Shown here in pieces: positions 9,512-18,258 of a DNA stretch of 64,000 nt; within the stretch, counting starts at the first letter, position 1; every line of letters begins with the position of its first letter. Origin of the DNA: a virus. The stretch lies in IMG/VR virus record IMGVR_UViG_3300037054_000079, positions 1 to 64,000 of that record; one strand, given 5' to 3'. The notes under the pieces are model-generated. The model made no database searches. It was not told the origin of the DNA and saw only the letters and a list, made by a program, of their open reading frames with translations. A program made the translations under genes and the position numbers.

Positions 9512-10034
9512 TTTGGCCTCCCACTGGATTTGCAACACGCTTCATCCACGAAGCGATTGCTTCATGTTCATCAGCGGTGCCGTCACTCTTTAGCTGGTTC
9601 GCGCGCCAACTCACGATGAAAACATTTCCTTTGACGTAACCCCGCGAGTTATCTTTCCGGTCAAGGGACGCCAAACTATATCGGGCCGCATCACGCGGGT
9701 CCCATCCTAACCTAGTCTCATAGACCAACCTCAATCCTAGAATTGGACAGTAGACAGGAAGCGGCAACAAATCCGCTTCTTGAAGATTGAACTCAAGTCT
9801 GCGCTTCTTCGCACTTTTCCGTGCAGTCGTGAGAAGTCTTTGAAGCGGCGGCCTTCCGTGATACCAAGCATCAAATTCTGCTTTGTGGCGCTCAGGATTT
9901 TCATTGCGACGTTTCGCACACCAATCAATGTTCTTTTGGTGGCTGTGCGGACTAGCATCATACCGCGCTCTCGTAGCGCGCCCCTTCGGCGTTACCGCGT
10001 AGATAGCTTGCCGTTCTGTGTGAGTCATCGACAT
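9501..10034 (-). CDS. HNH-type homing endonuclease
   Basis: CPILG..ASLDRKDNSRGYVKGNVFIVSWRAN. Confidence 0.8.
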   Translation of the reverse strand: MSMTHTERQAIYAVTPKGRATRARYDASPHSHQKNIDWCAKRRNENPERHKAEFDAWYHGRPPLQRLLTTARKSAKKRRLEFNLQEADLLPLPVYCPILGLRLVYETRLGWDPRDAARYSLASLDRKDNSRGYVKGNVFIVSWRANQLKSDGTADEHEAIASWMKRVANPVGGQIES

Positions 10035-10049
10035 CCCAAGTTCACTCCA

Positions 10050-12437
10050 TTAAATGTGTCGGCTTATGACGCCGCGCGACTCATACCGAAGTCTATACCG
10101 AGTCATGTCGCCGCAGTTGCGGACAAGAATGCCACCCTCAACTGAGAAGGTGTGATTTGTGGGGACTGTCAAGCAATAGACATCGCGTCTATCTAGCAAG
10201 TTTTCGACGCCGACGCAAGTCACGCGCCTTGCATCGCCCGCTACAGAACTTTGCATCGTTTCGGCGCATATAAGACGCCTTGAAATATTCTCCGCACTCT
10301 TTGCAATGTAGCCCGACGCGCTTCTCAGCAACCGCCCGAACATGCTTTTCGTAATTATCGGAGTGCCATTTGCGTCCTTGCTTTGACGCATGCCATGCGG
10401 CGGCAGCGACTCGCGCGCGACCGAGATATTTCCTACCGCGCTCACCAAACTCTTTTCCGTGGTAGTGAACTCCAAAATGCTCTTTAACGGTAAGGCATTC
10501 AAGCTCAGTGCTCTCGTTCCTGTCCCGAGTAAACCGATGATGGATATGATGCCCATCCGGCACAGGTCCGTTATGGTGCTCCCACACTTGGATATGAAGG
10601 CGAACGCCTTTTCGCTGGAAATATTTCCCGCAAAGATAGTATCGAACTCCGTCGAACTCTTGGATCGTGTGGCTGATAACGATTGGCTGCATAGGACTTC
10701 CTTTCCGAGAAGGTCCTTAGCGTAACACCATTCATCTAAATCCACAAGGTATTTTTCGTCCGGCGTGCAGACTATTGACTGACCGCCTGAAAAGGTTAAT
10801 CGCACGACTTGGGCCGCTTTTCGCGTGAGCCGGGCGTCTTGATATGACTCGATCCGACTGACCGAATGAACATCTCCCGACTGCGGCAACTGCTCAATCG
10901 GGACTTGACCGCTAGGCAAGTCAACAAGAGTCCCGGCGGCAAAGCAGTGGTCTTCCGCCTCAGTGTCCACATCGTCGATTTTTACTTCATCCCTTGGCAG
11001 CACCGGAACAGTTTGCAACCATTGCTCGCAATTGCTGCAAATAAACAGACCCGGTATTTCACGATATCCGTTCGGCGGTCGCTTCGTTGCCTTGAGCCAT
11101 CGCCGGAGTTGCTCCCATCCTTGCTCGCGTGAGTGCGGACCCTTGTCCGCAGGCTCCCACAGGATGCCTCGGTGGTGGACGCCGTTATACACTATTGGTT
11201 TGGCAAAGTCATTAGCAATGCACACCCCATTATTATCGTCGAAAATGCCGGTGTCTGCGGGACCGCGTTTGACCCGGTTACGCTTGCCGTCTTCTGCGCG
11301 CCAGCCCCACTCTACCTCACGTTTCACGATGCCTTTGGCGATATCCTCGACCAGCATCCGCGACCCCTCGTTACGCTGCCCGCGCCAACCGTACCACTCT
11401 TGAATGAGAAACAAGTCGCCCCGAACAGTGGCGCGAACGCTACTGTCCGGGAACGTCAAGTCAGTACCATCGCTCTCCGCGAACCATCCGACTGAGAACG
11501 GTTTCGATGAGCCATAGTCGAAGGCGCGAGTGATAGTCCAAGTCGGGGGGACTTCGAAAGGCGGAACGACAACAATTGATTTATACTCATACCAAATATC
11601 GTCGAACATGCCGCCCGCGACGATATCCCAATCGCCGTCGAGCCATGCGCGGCGCTCGCTCTCGTTGCGCGCGGCGGCGATAATCCGGTTCTTGTATTCC
11701 GGATCGGTATGCAGTAGCAGCTTGTTCTCGTCGAGATGGCCGTGCACGGCGCGGCGCGGCGGCTCGCTGTGGCCTTCCGAGTCAAGCGAACCTTCGATCA
11801 GCGGACCGATGATGTGGCCCGGCGGCACGGGCAAGCGGTAGCGCAGCTTGACCCAATTGTGCCCGACGCCATATGGATTGGTCGTGGCGCGGACTTTGAG
11901 GGGGATACCCGGCGCAGTTGAACGTAGACACGAGAACATGGACTTGAAGCACTTGTCGTCAGGCCATGTCGTTAATTCTTCCCACCCGATCCATGGATAG
12001 TTGTGACCGTGGTAGTTGCTGTATTGCGATGGCACTTCGAAGTGGCGGAAGTAGAGCCGCTCGCCCGTGGGAAACTCCCACTGATATTTCATTTCGTTGT
12101 AGAGCGCGCCGGGACAGAACCGCCTAAACCACTTCTTGCTTTTCTCGATCACGTCGCTCAACTGCGGATGCGTCTGCCGGAATAGGATGCCGCGCCATTC
12201 AGCGCCGTAGCCTTGCCCGACATGCTGATAGAAATCCATGAGCAGCGCGTCAGTCTTGCCGGGGCCGCGCGTGCCTTCGTATAGAACTTCGGTAGTTGAG
12301 AAAGAAAGAAATGCCGCTTGCGAGCCGGGCTGCGCGGCCCACGCCACTTGTATTAGTTTTCCATCGTCGCCAGTGATGAATGGAACGTATTCATTGCCCA
12401 CAAGTTTGAACTTTTTTACAGTCGGGAACTTAGACAT
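10050..12437 (-). CDS. terL: Terminase large subunit containing an intein
   Basis: Walker A GTRGPGKT, Walker B WIGWEELT, ATTNPYG, nuclease FDYG and EDH/CGD..RY split by the intein. Confidence 0.93.
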   Translation of the reverse strand: MSKFPTVKKFKLVGNEYVPFITGDDGKLIQVAWAAQPGSQAAFLSFSTTEVLYEGTRGPGKTDALLMDFYQHVGQGYGAEWRGILFRQTHPQLSDVIEKSKKWFRRFCPGALYNEMKYQWEFPTGERLYFRHFEVPSQYSNYHGHNYPWIGWEELTTWPDDKCFKSMFSCLRSTAPGIPLKVRATTNPYGVGHNWVKLRYRLPVPPGHIIGPLIEGSLDSEGHSEPPRRAVHGHLDENKLLLHTDPEYKNRIIAAARNESERRAWLDGDWDIVAGGMFDDIWYEYKSIVVVPPFEVPPTWTITRAFDYGSSKPFSVGWFAESDGTDLTFPDSSVRATVRGDLFLIQEWYGWRGQRNEGSRMLVEDIAKGIVKREVEWGWRAEDGKRNRVKRGPADTGIFDDNNGVCIANDFAKPIVYNGVHHRGILWEPADKGPHSREQGWEQLRRWLKATKRPPNGYREIPGLFICSNCEQWLQTVPVLPRDEVKIDDVDTEAEDHCFAAGTLVDLPSGQVPIEQLPQSGDVHSVSRIESYQDARLTRKAAQVVRLTFSGGQSIVCTPDEKYLVDLDEWCYAKDLLGKEVLCSQSLSATRSKSSTEFDTIFAGNISSEKAFAFISKCGSTITDLCRMGIISIIGLLGTGTRALSLNALPLKSILEFTTTEKSLVSAVGNISVARESLPPHGMRQSKDANGTPIITKSMFGRLLRSASGYIAKSAENISRRLICAETMQSSVAGDARRVTCVGVENLLDRRDVYCLTVPTNHTFSVEGGILVRNCGDMTRYRLRYESRGVISRHI
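10116..10946 (-). mobile_element. Intein (277 aa) in the TerL nuclease domain
   Basis: Begins CFAAGTLV; block B CTPDEK; block F VYCLTV; ends GILVRN followed by Cys +1; removal restores EDH-CGDMTRY. Confidence 0.88.
10189..10692 (-). CDS. HNH endonuclease nested in an alternative frame inside the TerL intein
   Basis: RLHIQVWEHHNGPVPDGHHIHH..NESTELECL...EH and C-terminal CKEC..FCSGRC; own SD (GGAAAGGAAG) before ATG. Confidence 0.8.
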   Translation of the reverse strand: MQPIVISHTIQEFDGVRYYLCGKYFQRKGVRLHIQVWEHHNGPVPDGHHIHHRFTRDRNESTELECLTVKEHFGVHYHGKEFGERGRKYLGRARVAAAAWHASKQGRKWHSDNYEKHVRAVAEKRVGLHCKECGEYFKASYMRRNDAKFCSGRCKARDLRRRRKLAR

Positions 12438-13302
12438 GCGCGCTATCCCCGGACTTCCTGTGAAAGAGTTTAAGTGATGCGGATATCTTTTCCCGAGTCT
12501 CCCCTGAAATAAACTTACCCTTCTGCGCCTTCGACATATTTATGAGCGCGCCGGGCGTCGCTTTTCGTCCGGTATTGGCGTCAGATATTTTTGCACAGTG
12601 TTCTTCGGAGAGGGGCACGCCACGACGAAGATCAGCCGACAGCTTAATCAACTGCGACATATCCCGCCCGATCCCCGTTCCTTTCGCTTTATGAGTGGCA
12701 GATATTTTTTCGTTGGTCTCTATTGAGTGCGATCCGAGAACCCGCCCCTTGTTAGCCGTGCCAATCTTTGCTTTGGTCTCCGCTGAATGTTTATACCCGC
12801 GCGCCTTCCGAGTTGCGACTATTTTTGCAGTGTGTTCGGGCGTGTGCTTCTCGCCAAGTCTTGCCGCCGACATTCTTGCGCGCTGCTCAGGGGTGAGCTT
12901 CTTTCCATTTCTGCGACGCGCCGCCACCCGGTTAGCAATATGCTCAAGAGATTGCTTTCGTCCCTTGTGAGTTTTACTAGCCGCTGCTGCCAACTTCACA
13001 CGAGTTGATGGCAATGGATCGCGACCGCCGCTGCCACCCGCCGCTAGATTGTATCCGTTGGGCCATCGCGTGTTGAATGCCTCAATGGCTTGTTCCTCAA
13101 GCTCATAGATATATTCGTGACTACCACACGCGAGTACGCGGAAGCTCGCGGCGTCGCGGCCATAGTGCCGGATCGCATCGCCAATCTTTGATGCAGTTAT
13201 AGGGTGATGACCCCATCGGTCCCGCACATTTTTTGAGACGCCGATATACGACTTCTCACCAACCGTGATACTGTATAAGTAGTGGGGTTTTGACGTTTCC
13301 AT
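12430..13302 (-). CDS. GIY-YIG homing endonuclease with NUMOD3 repeats
   Basis: YLY..SYIG, R..H, GYN..GG and repeated HSxETxxKIS/GRK motifs. Confidence 0.85.
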   Translation of the reverse strand: METSKPHYLYSITVGEKSYIGVSKNVRDRWGHHPITASKIGDAIRHYGRDAASFRVLACGSHEYIYELEEQAIEAFNTRWPNGYNLAAGGSGGRDPLPSTRVKLAAAASKTHKGRKQSLEHIANRVAARRRNGKKLTPEQRARMSAARLGEKHTPEHTAKIVATRKARGYKHSAETKAKIGTANKGRVLGSHSIETNEKISATHKAKGTGIGRDMSQLIKLSADLRRGVPLSEEHCAKISDANTGRKATPGALINMSKAQKGKFISGETREKISASLKLFHRKSGDSAHV

Positions 13303-13997
13303 CAGTCAAGCTCTAGCATTGCTTTATCCACCGCGTCAACAGTGTCGTCAGTAACGTCCTCGAACTCCACATCCTGAATTTCCTGCGTCCCACCAAATTC
13401 CTGTTCGAGTTCTGCCTCGGTCTTTTTGACGCCGACCACGAGCACGCCGCCGCTGTGTACCATGTCAACCGATGTGTGATCGCCGTACACGTTTCGGCGG
13501 CGCGTCTTCAAAATGAAGCGCATCATGTCCGGGTCTTGTTCGATGATGGTCTGTGGGATTGGTGCGCCGTTCTCGTCGCGCAAATACGCATCCATGCCTT
13601 CCAAGCCAAGATCAAGCTTGGTCTGATCGAACTTGTAAATCACGCCGTATTTGTTCGTGAGGGGCTTCGGCTGGCCAACAGCAAGACGGTGCGCAGCACG
13701 CTCAACTTTGTCGATGCCGTCTTCGAGCGCGTGTGCCCATGCCACATGGAACCGCGCCGTGATATCATTGCCGTGCTCGTCTTCGCCCACGACCACATCG
13801 AAACCATCGCCGACCTTACCTTTCTCGCTTTTCCCGAGATAGTATACCAGCGACGACCGCGAGATCGCGGCACGCCGACATACTTCGGCGATGACAGGCA
13901 TCTCGGTTACAAATTTGAGGATTGCTTGAAGGCGCTCAGGCGCATACTTGCGCACCAATAGCTGCCGATTTGCGGAACGAAAAATCTCTCGGGACAT
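13302..13997 (-). CDS. terS: Probable terminase small subunit
   Basis: N-terminal HTH (AEVCRRAAISRSSLVYY), F..AW..ALEDG.D.VE..A..LA, MMRFILK.RR..VYGD; upstream of TerL. Confidence 0.65.
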   Translation of the reverse strand: MSREIFRSANRQLLVRKYAPERLQAILKFVTEMPVIAEVCRRAAISRSSLVYYLGKSEKGKVGDGFDVVVGEDEHGNDITARFHVAWAHALEDGIDKVERAAHRLAVGQPKPLTNKYGVIYKFDQTKLDLGLEGMDAYLRDENGAPIPQTIIEQDPDMMRFILKTRRRNVYGDHTSVDMVHSGGVLVVGVKKTEAELEQEFGGTQEIQDVEFEDVTDDTVDAVDKAMLELD

Positions 13998-14096
13998 CCC
14001 GACCTCCTATAGTTGCACAGGACCATTCCTATGAGCGGAGCCATCCCCGCGTGTAACCTTCGCATTACACTAAGCCATCTTAGCGTAATACCCGTT

Positions 14097-14372
14097 TTAC
14101 TTTCCGAACGGGTGAGTCGGGTTCTGCCTTTTTAATGGCGACGCTGCCGGGTGAGTGCCGACCGACTGCACGCCCGCATGGGGCGCGACCGGAGGCCGGA
14201 ACTTGCTGCCCTTTGGCGGCGACGCCGCGAATTTCTGCGCGAGAGCATTGGGATTGAGCGGCGGCTGCGGGCCGCCCGGCTGAACCGCAGGCGCACCCAC
14301 GCTCATTGGCGTGGGTGCTCCGGCAGTTGTGCCCGCCGCGCTGGCATTTGCGATGTTGAGAGCGACTGCCAC
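14097..14372 (-). CDS. Hypothetical low-complexity protein
   Basis: Pro/Ala-rich; shares H.G..SVGTH with the 14540 ORF. Confidence 0.5.
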   Translation of the reverse strand: MAVALNIANASAAGTTAGAPTPMSVGAPAVQPGGPQPPLNPNALAQKFAASPPKGSKFRPPVAPHAGVQSVGTHPAASPLKRQNPTHPFGK

Positions 14373-14376
14373 GTTA

Positions 14377-14517
14377 TCACCCGAGCAAGAGGAACAGGAT
14401 GACGATGACCACGAGCAAACTCAGGCCGCCGCCATAGTAGTGATACGGAGGACCGGCATAGTAGCCGCCGCCGCCGAAAAGAAGAACAAGCACGATCAAG
14501 AGAACAATTAAGCCCAT
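14377..14517 (-). CDS. Small two-helix membrane protein, DUF3309-like (46 aa)
   Basis: Hand-translated MGLIVLLIVLVLLFGGGGYYAGPPYHYYGGGLSLLVVIVILFLLLG; AGGAGG SD. Confidence 0.65.
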   Translation of the reverse strand: MGLIVLLIVLVLLFGGGGYYAGPPYHYYGGGLSLLVVIVILFLLLG

Positions 14518-14539
14518 TCGAGCCTCCTACAGTTGTCGA

Positions 14540-14728
14540 TCATTTGATCTTTCGACGCGATTTATGTGTCCCTACTGATCTCCGTCCGGCGTGCATCCCC
14601 ATCACTGCTCGAATGATCCGGCTCTTTTTGGCTGTTATTTGTTGGCCGTATCCGGCAAAACGCTGCGGTACGATCACGTCCGAAACGGTCGTTGAAACAT
14701 TCGGGCCGGGGGCCGAGCCACCGTCCAT
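14540..14728 (-). CDS. Small protein resembling a major capsid protein N-terminal arm
   Basis: TTVSDVIVPQRFAGYGQQITAKKSRII resembles T.lSDVIVPE.F..YvqQ.T.ekS.li MCP N-termini. Confidence 0.45.
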   Translation of the reverse strand: MDGGSAPGPNVSTTVSDVIVPQRFAGYGQQITAKKSRIIRAVMGMHAGRRSVGTHKSRRKIK

Positions 14729-14729
14729 A

Positions 14730-15032
14730 TCAAAGCTTCAATTCTGCCGGTCGAACCGGAGCGTCAAGAGTCGGACCCTTGGCTGCGCCCTTCATGCCAA
14801 ACGCGGTCGGCACATTCTTCGTGCTGACAGTGCGTGTCTGATCGGCGAATATGACTTTGGGATTTGGATCGAGCGAGACAGCCAACTCACTGCGCGTCGG
14901 GTTCTTGAGATCGGTGTCCGAGCTTGCGCCGGAGTAGCCATTTTCACCATAGCCAGTTTTTGTGTTGTCGCGGTTTGCCGGTTGAATGGCCGGGAAGTCC
15001 CGCATTTTTGAACCCACGATCAAGTCAGCCAT
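14730..15032 (-). CDS. Hypothetical protein
   Basis: GGGGAG SD; tightly packed in the operon. Confidence 0.6.
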   Translation of the reverse strand: MADLIVGSKMRDFPAIQPANRDNTKTGYGENGYSGASSDTDLKNPTRSELAVSLDPNPKVIFADQTRTVSTKNVPTAFGMKGAAKGPTLDAPVRPAELKL

Positions 15033-15043
15033 GGCACTCTCCC

Positions 15044-15460
15044 CTATTCATCCGCGTGCAGCTTCTTATGACAGCTACGACAAAGCGGCTCACATCTCGC
15101 GATCTCTGTATCTACCCGCTCGATTGACTTTCCCTGAGCGACAAGAGATGAAACTCTATCATGCGGACGATTAGGGTGGTCCTCGTGGTGCCAATCAATC
15201 GGCTGTGCCCCACATCGGGTGCAATACGTTCGCGCCCGGATTTTCTTGACATGATCTTTTACGAGCTTTCTTGCGCGTACTCTATCAGGCCGTAACCACC
15301 GCTTTCGCTCCACTTCCTTTTTGCTCGTCGAGTCCGCTGCATAGCGATCTCGATCATACTGTCGAACTGTATCCGGAAACAGTTTCCGGCGTTCTCGCTG
15401 AGTGGCGGCACGGCGTATTCGAAAATCGTCCGCACTCTCGTTTCGTCGGGGACTTACCAT
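15044..15460 (-). CDS. HNH endonuclease
   Basis: CTRCG..IDWHH..EIARCEPLCRSCHKKLH. Confidence 0.78.
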   Translation of the reverse strand: MVSPRRNESADDFRIRRAATQRERRKLFPDTVRQYDRDRYAADSTSKKEVERKRWLRPDRVRARKLVKDHVKKIRARTYCTRCGAQPIDWHHEDHPNRPHDRVSSLVAQGKSIERVDTEIARCEPLCRSCHKKLHADE

Positions 15461-15492
15461 CCCCCTCTATTTATACCCTTCCCGTACCCAAG

Positions 15493-15870
15493 TCAATTCC
15501 GATATGGGCCGCGCGACGAACTGTCTACCGGAACTTGACCGTCCGACGAGCGCGGGTTAGCGTCACTCGCGGTCCGGAATAGTCCCGGCTGTAATCCCGG
15601 ATGGATCGGGACATTCCGAGAGCCATCCGGCGCTTCATCTTCTAGCCCGGCGTGCATCGAGAGTGACGCTCGAACCGGGTCAATCTGGCCGCCCGGCGGG
15701 ATGTTCGCGATTTGCGCGCCCTTCGAGCTTGACCACTGAGAGTTACCGCCGACGAACGCTGTCTGTCCGCCCGGTGCGGTGCCGCCGAAATTGGTTACAT
15801 CCGACTCTTGCTGTTGCGTCGGACGAGTGCTATCGAGACCCGAGTAGCCCGTTCCTCGTTGCTTTATCAT
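15493..15870 (-). CDS. Hypothetical Gly/Pro-rich protein (RNVPxHP motif)
   Basis: Overlap coupling; motif shared with the 15867 ORF. Confidence 0.55.
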   Translation of the reverse strand: MIKQRGTGYSGLDSTRPTQQQESDVTNFGGTAPGGQTAFVGGNSQWSSSKGAQIANIPPGGQIDPVRASLSMHAGLEDEAPDGSRNVPIHPGLQPGLFRTASDANPRSSDGQVPVDSSSRGPYRN

Positions 15871-16127
15871 GTGCCGAACCCCCTACCCGTAGGGTCTCGA
15901 ACTGATCCGTCCCCTTCCGTCTCGTTGGTATCAGTGCCTTCGGAGGGAACCTGAGCCGGGTGCAGCGGGACATTCCTGTCACCGTTTGCAACCTGCTTTG
16001 CGTTGTCGGCGAGACCGTTGTGCATGGTGGCCGCAGCGGTCTCCGGCGCTATTGCGTCAAAGCCCGGAGCGAGATTAGCCTCGGCTCCGAGCGTATCTTG
16101 TCGCGCGCCATGGAAGGCGCGAGTCAT
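15867..16127 (-). CDS. Hypothetical protein (RNVPxHP motif)
   Basis: Abuts the previous stop codon; shared motif. Confidence 0.55.
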   Translation of the reverse strand: MTRAFHGARQDTLGAEANLAPGFDAIAPETAAATMHNGLADNAKQVANGDRNVPLHPAQVPSEGTDTNETEGDGSVRDPTGRGFGT

Positions 16128-16571
16128 TTAGTTCGAGTCGCGGCCCGAGTAGGCCGGAGCCGCCCCGCCCGCTTCTTTCGTCGAAGCCGGGAATGCAGTG
16201 CTGCCCGACAAGATTGCCTCGCCGAGAACCTTGCCACCTAGACCGTAGTCGAGACCGTTGCCGTCGCCATCGACCGGAGTTCCGGGATTGGCTTTGATCT
16301 CGGTGGGTTGACGCCGAAGCAACTTGGACTGCGGTTCGGGATCGAGCGGGTTCGGAGACGACGCATCCGGACCCGTGCCGGGAACGGCGGGACTGATGCC
16401 CGACATCGTGGTCATGTCTTTCATGCCCCACTTGTTCTCGAACGTAGTTTGGGGATGCTTGGCTTTGCCGCTGCGCGGGTCAACCGGAGTGTTCGCGACC
16501 TGATCGACTCGTGGGCCATCGGGACCTGCACCGAGTCCGCTACCTTTTACAGCCATTGGATTACCCTCCAA
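16128..16571 (-). CDS. Hypothetical Gly/Pro-rich protein
   Basis: GGAGGG SD precedes the internal MAVKG start. Confidence 0.6.
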   Translation of the reverse strand: MEGNPMAVKGSGLGAGPDGPRVDQVANTPVDPRSGKAKHPQTTFENKWGMKDMTTMSGISPAVPGTGPDASSPNPLDPEPQSKLLRRQPTEIKANPGTPVDGDGNGLDYGLGGKVLGEAILSGSTAFPASTKEAGGAAPAYSGRDSN

Positions 16572-16618
16572 AAATTAAAATTCATCGGGGCGACATTACC
16601 GCGATTGCCTGATTTGGG

Positions 16619-16631
16619 CAACCAGCGTTAT
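16619..16631 (-). promoter_or_regulatory. 13-bp late-arm motif ATAACGCTGGTTG, copy 2
   Basis: Intergenic, exact repeat. Confidence 0.5.
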
Positions 16632-16686
16632 CCAAGATTGTTTCATATGCAAAAATCGCCACAAAAGGGCGAAATTCACATACGAT

Positions 16687-16875
16687 CTAATCGGTGTTAC
16701 CTTCGGCCCCGGTAGTTGTCACCGTTGTCGGAGGCGTGGCGATGCCGACCGGAGGCACGGCTTTCGGGTGGCCGTTCGCGAGCATGGCCGCAGCCGCTTC
16801 GTTGTTGGGGATCACCGTGCGATGCAGCCGGTCGTAACCCATCGTCTGAGAGACCTTGAGTTTACGTTTCGTCAT
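16687..16875 (-). CDS. Hypothetical protein (AAAMLA..PK motif)
   Basis: ATGA overlap; motif shared with the 17207 and 19499 ORFs. Confidence 0.5.
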   Translation of the reverse strand: MTKRKLKVSQTMGYDRLHRTVIPNNEAAAAMLANGHPKAVPPVGIATPPTTVTTTGAEGNTD

Positions 16876-17210
16876 AGCCGCTTCCCCTCGTGATACGAGA
16901 CCGCGCTGATTTTCTTCAAGCCTTCGAGCTTCGACGCGGCGAGCCGATGATGGCCACTCTCCAAATAGAACTTCTTGGTCGGGTCCGCAATCCCGCACCT
17001 ATCGCGCAACTCCGGTGTAAGCGGACTCACGCGGATCGGGGGTAGCTCCCCTCCGGCCTCAAGCTTGGCCCGCATCCGTTTAACTTTTTCCACGTTCTCA
17101 TATTTATCGAGCGTGTGTCCGGTACTTGCGATCTGATCGACGGGGATCATGACCGGCTCCGGCTTGTTGGTGGCCACATCAATCCCGTGCATGTGAGCAG
17201 GCATTTTCAT
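16872..17210 (-). CDS. ParB/sulfiredoxin-like domain protein
   Basis: LPPIRV..FYLESGHHRLAA.KLEG. Confidence 0.7.
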   Translation of the reverse strand: MKMPAHMHGIDVATNKPEPVMIPVDQIASTGHTLDKYENVEKVKRMRAKLEAGGELPPIRVSPLTPELRDRCGIADPTKKFYLESGHHRLAASKLEGLKKISAVSYHEGKRL

Positions 17211-17404
17211 AGCTCAACATCCTTTGGGACAGCCGTCCCTAACCTTTCATGAGCCTGACGATAACGTAGACTATGCGGCGTGAGATGCGGCAAGCCGGTG
17301 CGCTGACCCTCCATCCCTTTGTGCGCCTCGACCTGAGCCGACTTAGGATTTCGCGCGAGCATCGCCGCTGCGTCGTCATTCGTGCACGCTACCGGCTTCT
17401 TCAT
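17207..17404 (-). CDS. Hypothetical protein (AAAMLA.NPKSAQV motif)
   Basis: ATGA overlaps; shared motif. Confidence 0.55.
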   Translation of the reverse strand: MKKPVACTNDDAAAMLARNPKSAQVEAHKGMEGQRTGLPHLTPHSLRYRQAHERLGTAVPKDVEL

Positions 17405-17859
17405 TTTCCTGTCCCGCCCGTCATGATTGTCTTGCCCTTCCGGACATCCCAAATTGACTCTTGGTTCCGGTTCACGCCGGTCCGATACGCCGCGTTCTTG
17501 TTCTTGATGTTCTGCGACGGCTCGATCTCATAGTTGCCGGTCGTCTCGTTGCGGTAGCCGCCGACATGCCCGGCGGTTTTCAGCGCGCCCGCGTGTTGCT
17601 GCGCCCACGCTTGCAACGTCGCCTCGCTGTGTGCCGGATCGCCACCAAGCGGGGCAGTGAGCGCGTGTCCCGGAATAGCGACCTGATAACCGTTAGACGG
17701 TGCGCCGCCCTTGAGGTCAATCGTGAAACCTTCCGGGTGCGCGAGGATATGCTGCACAACTTGCGGACTCAAGAATGGTTTGCCGACCTGATCGACGCCG
17801 GTCGAGTGCGCAGCGGTGCCGCCGCGCGTATTGCTTCCGTGTCCTAATGCGTCTTTCAT
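17401..17859 (-). CDS. KDAxGHGS-leader protein 10
   Basis: MKDALGHGSNTRGGTAAHSTGVDQVG followed by a globular domain ending RNQESIWD. Confidence 0.75.
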   Translation of the reverse strand: MKDALGHGSNTRGGTAAHSTGVDQVGKPFLSPQVVQHILAHPEGFTIDLKGGAPSNGYQVAIPGHALTAPLGGDPAHSEATLQAWAQQHAGALKTAGHVGGYRNETTGNYEIEPSQNIKNKNAAYRTGVNRNQESIWDVRKGKTIMTGGTGK

Positions 17860-17860
17860 T

Positions 17861-18046
17861 TCACTTGCCTGTTTGCTGTGCCTTTTGACGCAGGGCGGCA
17901 TTGAGTAGGACCTGTCGCTGCCCTCGTGATATGTCTACAAGGTCCCTGTCGCTCGCGCTACTTACGAGTGCGCTGCGCGGAACCGACCGGGCATCTTCTA
18001 CACCCGATTGATGCGCGGCGCTACCGTGTCCGAGTGCATCTTTCAT
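17861..18046 (-). CDS. KDAxGHGS-leader protein 9
   Basis: MKDALGHGSAAHQSGV. Confidence 0.7.
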   Translation of the reverse strand: MKDALGHGSAAHQSGVEDARSVPRSALVSSASDRDLVDISRGQRQVLLNAALRQKAQQTGK

Positions 18047-18258
18047 CGCTTTCCCCAAATCTTGTCGTGTTCGGCCATCATCTCGTCAGTGGTTTTCAGT
18101 TTGCCGATCCCGGTTTGATGCGCGGCGAGCTTGTCCGAGTCAAGAATGCCCTGCGCCCATGTGCCCGCTGCGCGATTGAACCCTGAAACCGCATCCCGGT
18201 AATTCTGTCCGCGCGCGGTGCCGTTACCGTCGCTTCCGTGACCGTGCGCATCCTTCAT
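18043..18258 (-). CDS. KDAxGHGS-leader protein 8
   Basis: MKDAHGHGSDG..AAHQTGI. Confidence 0.72.
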   Translation of the reverse strand: MKDAHGHGSDGNGTARGQNYRDAVSGFNRAAGTWAQGILDSDKLAAHQTGIGKLKTTDEMMAEHDKIWGKR

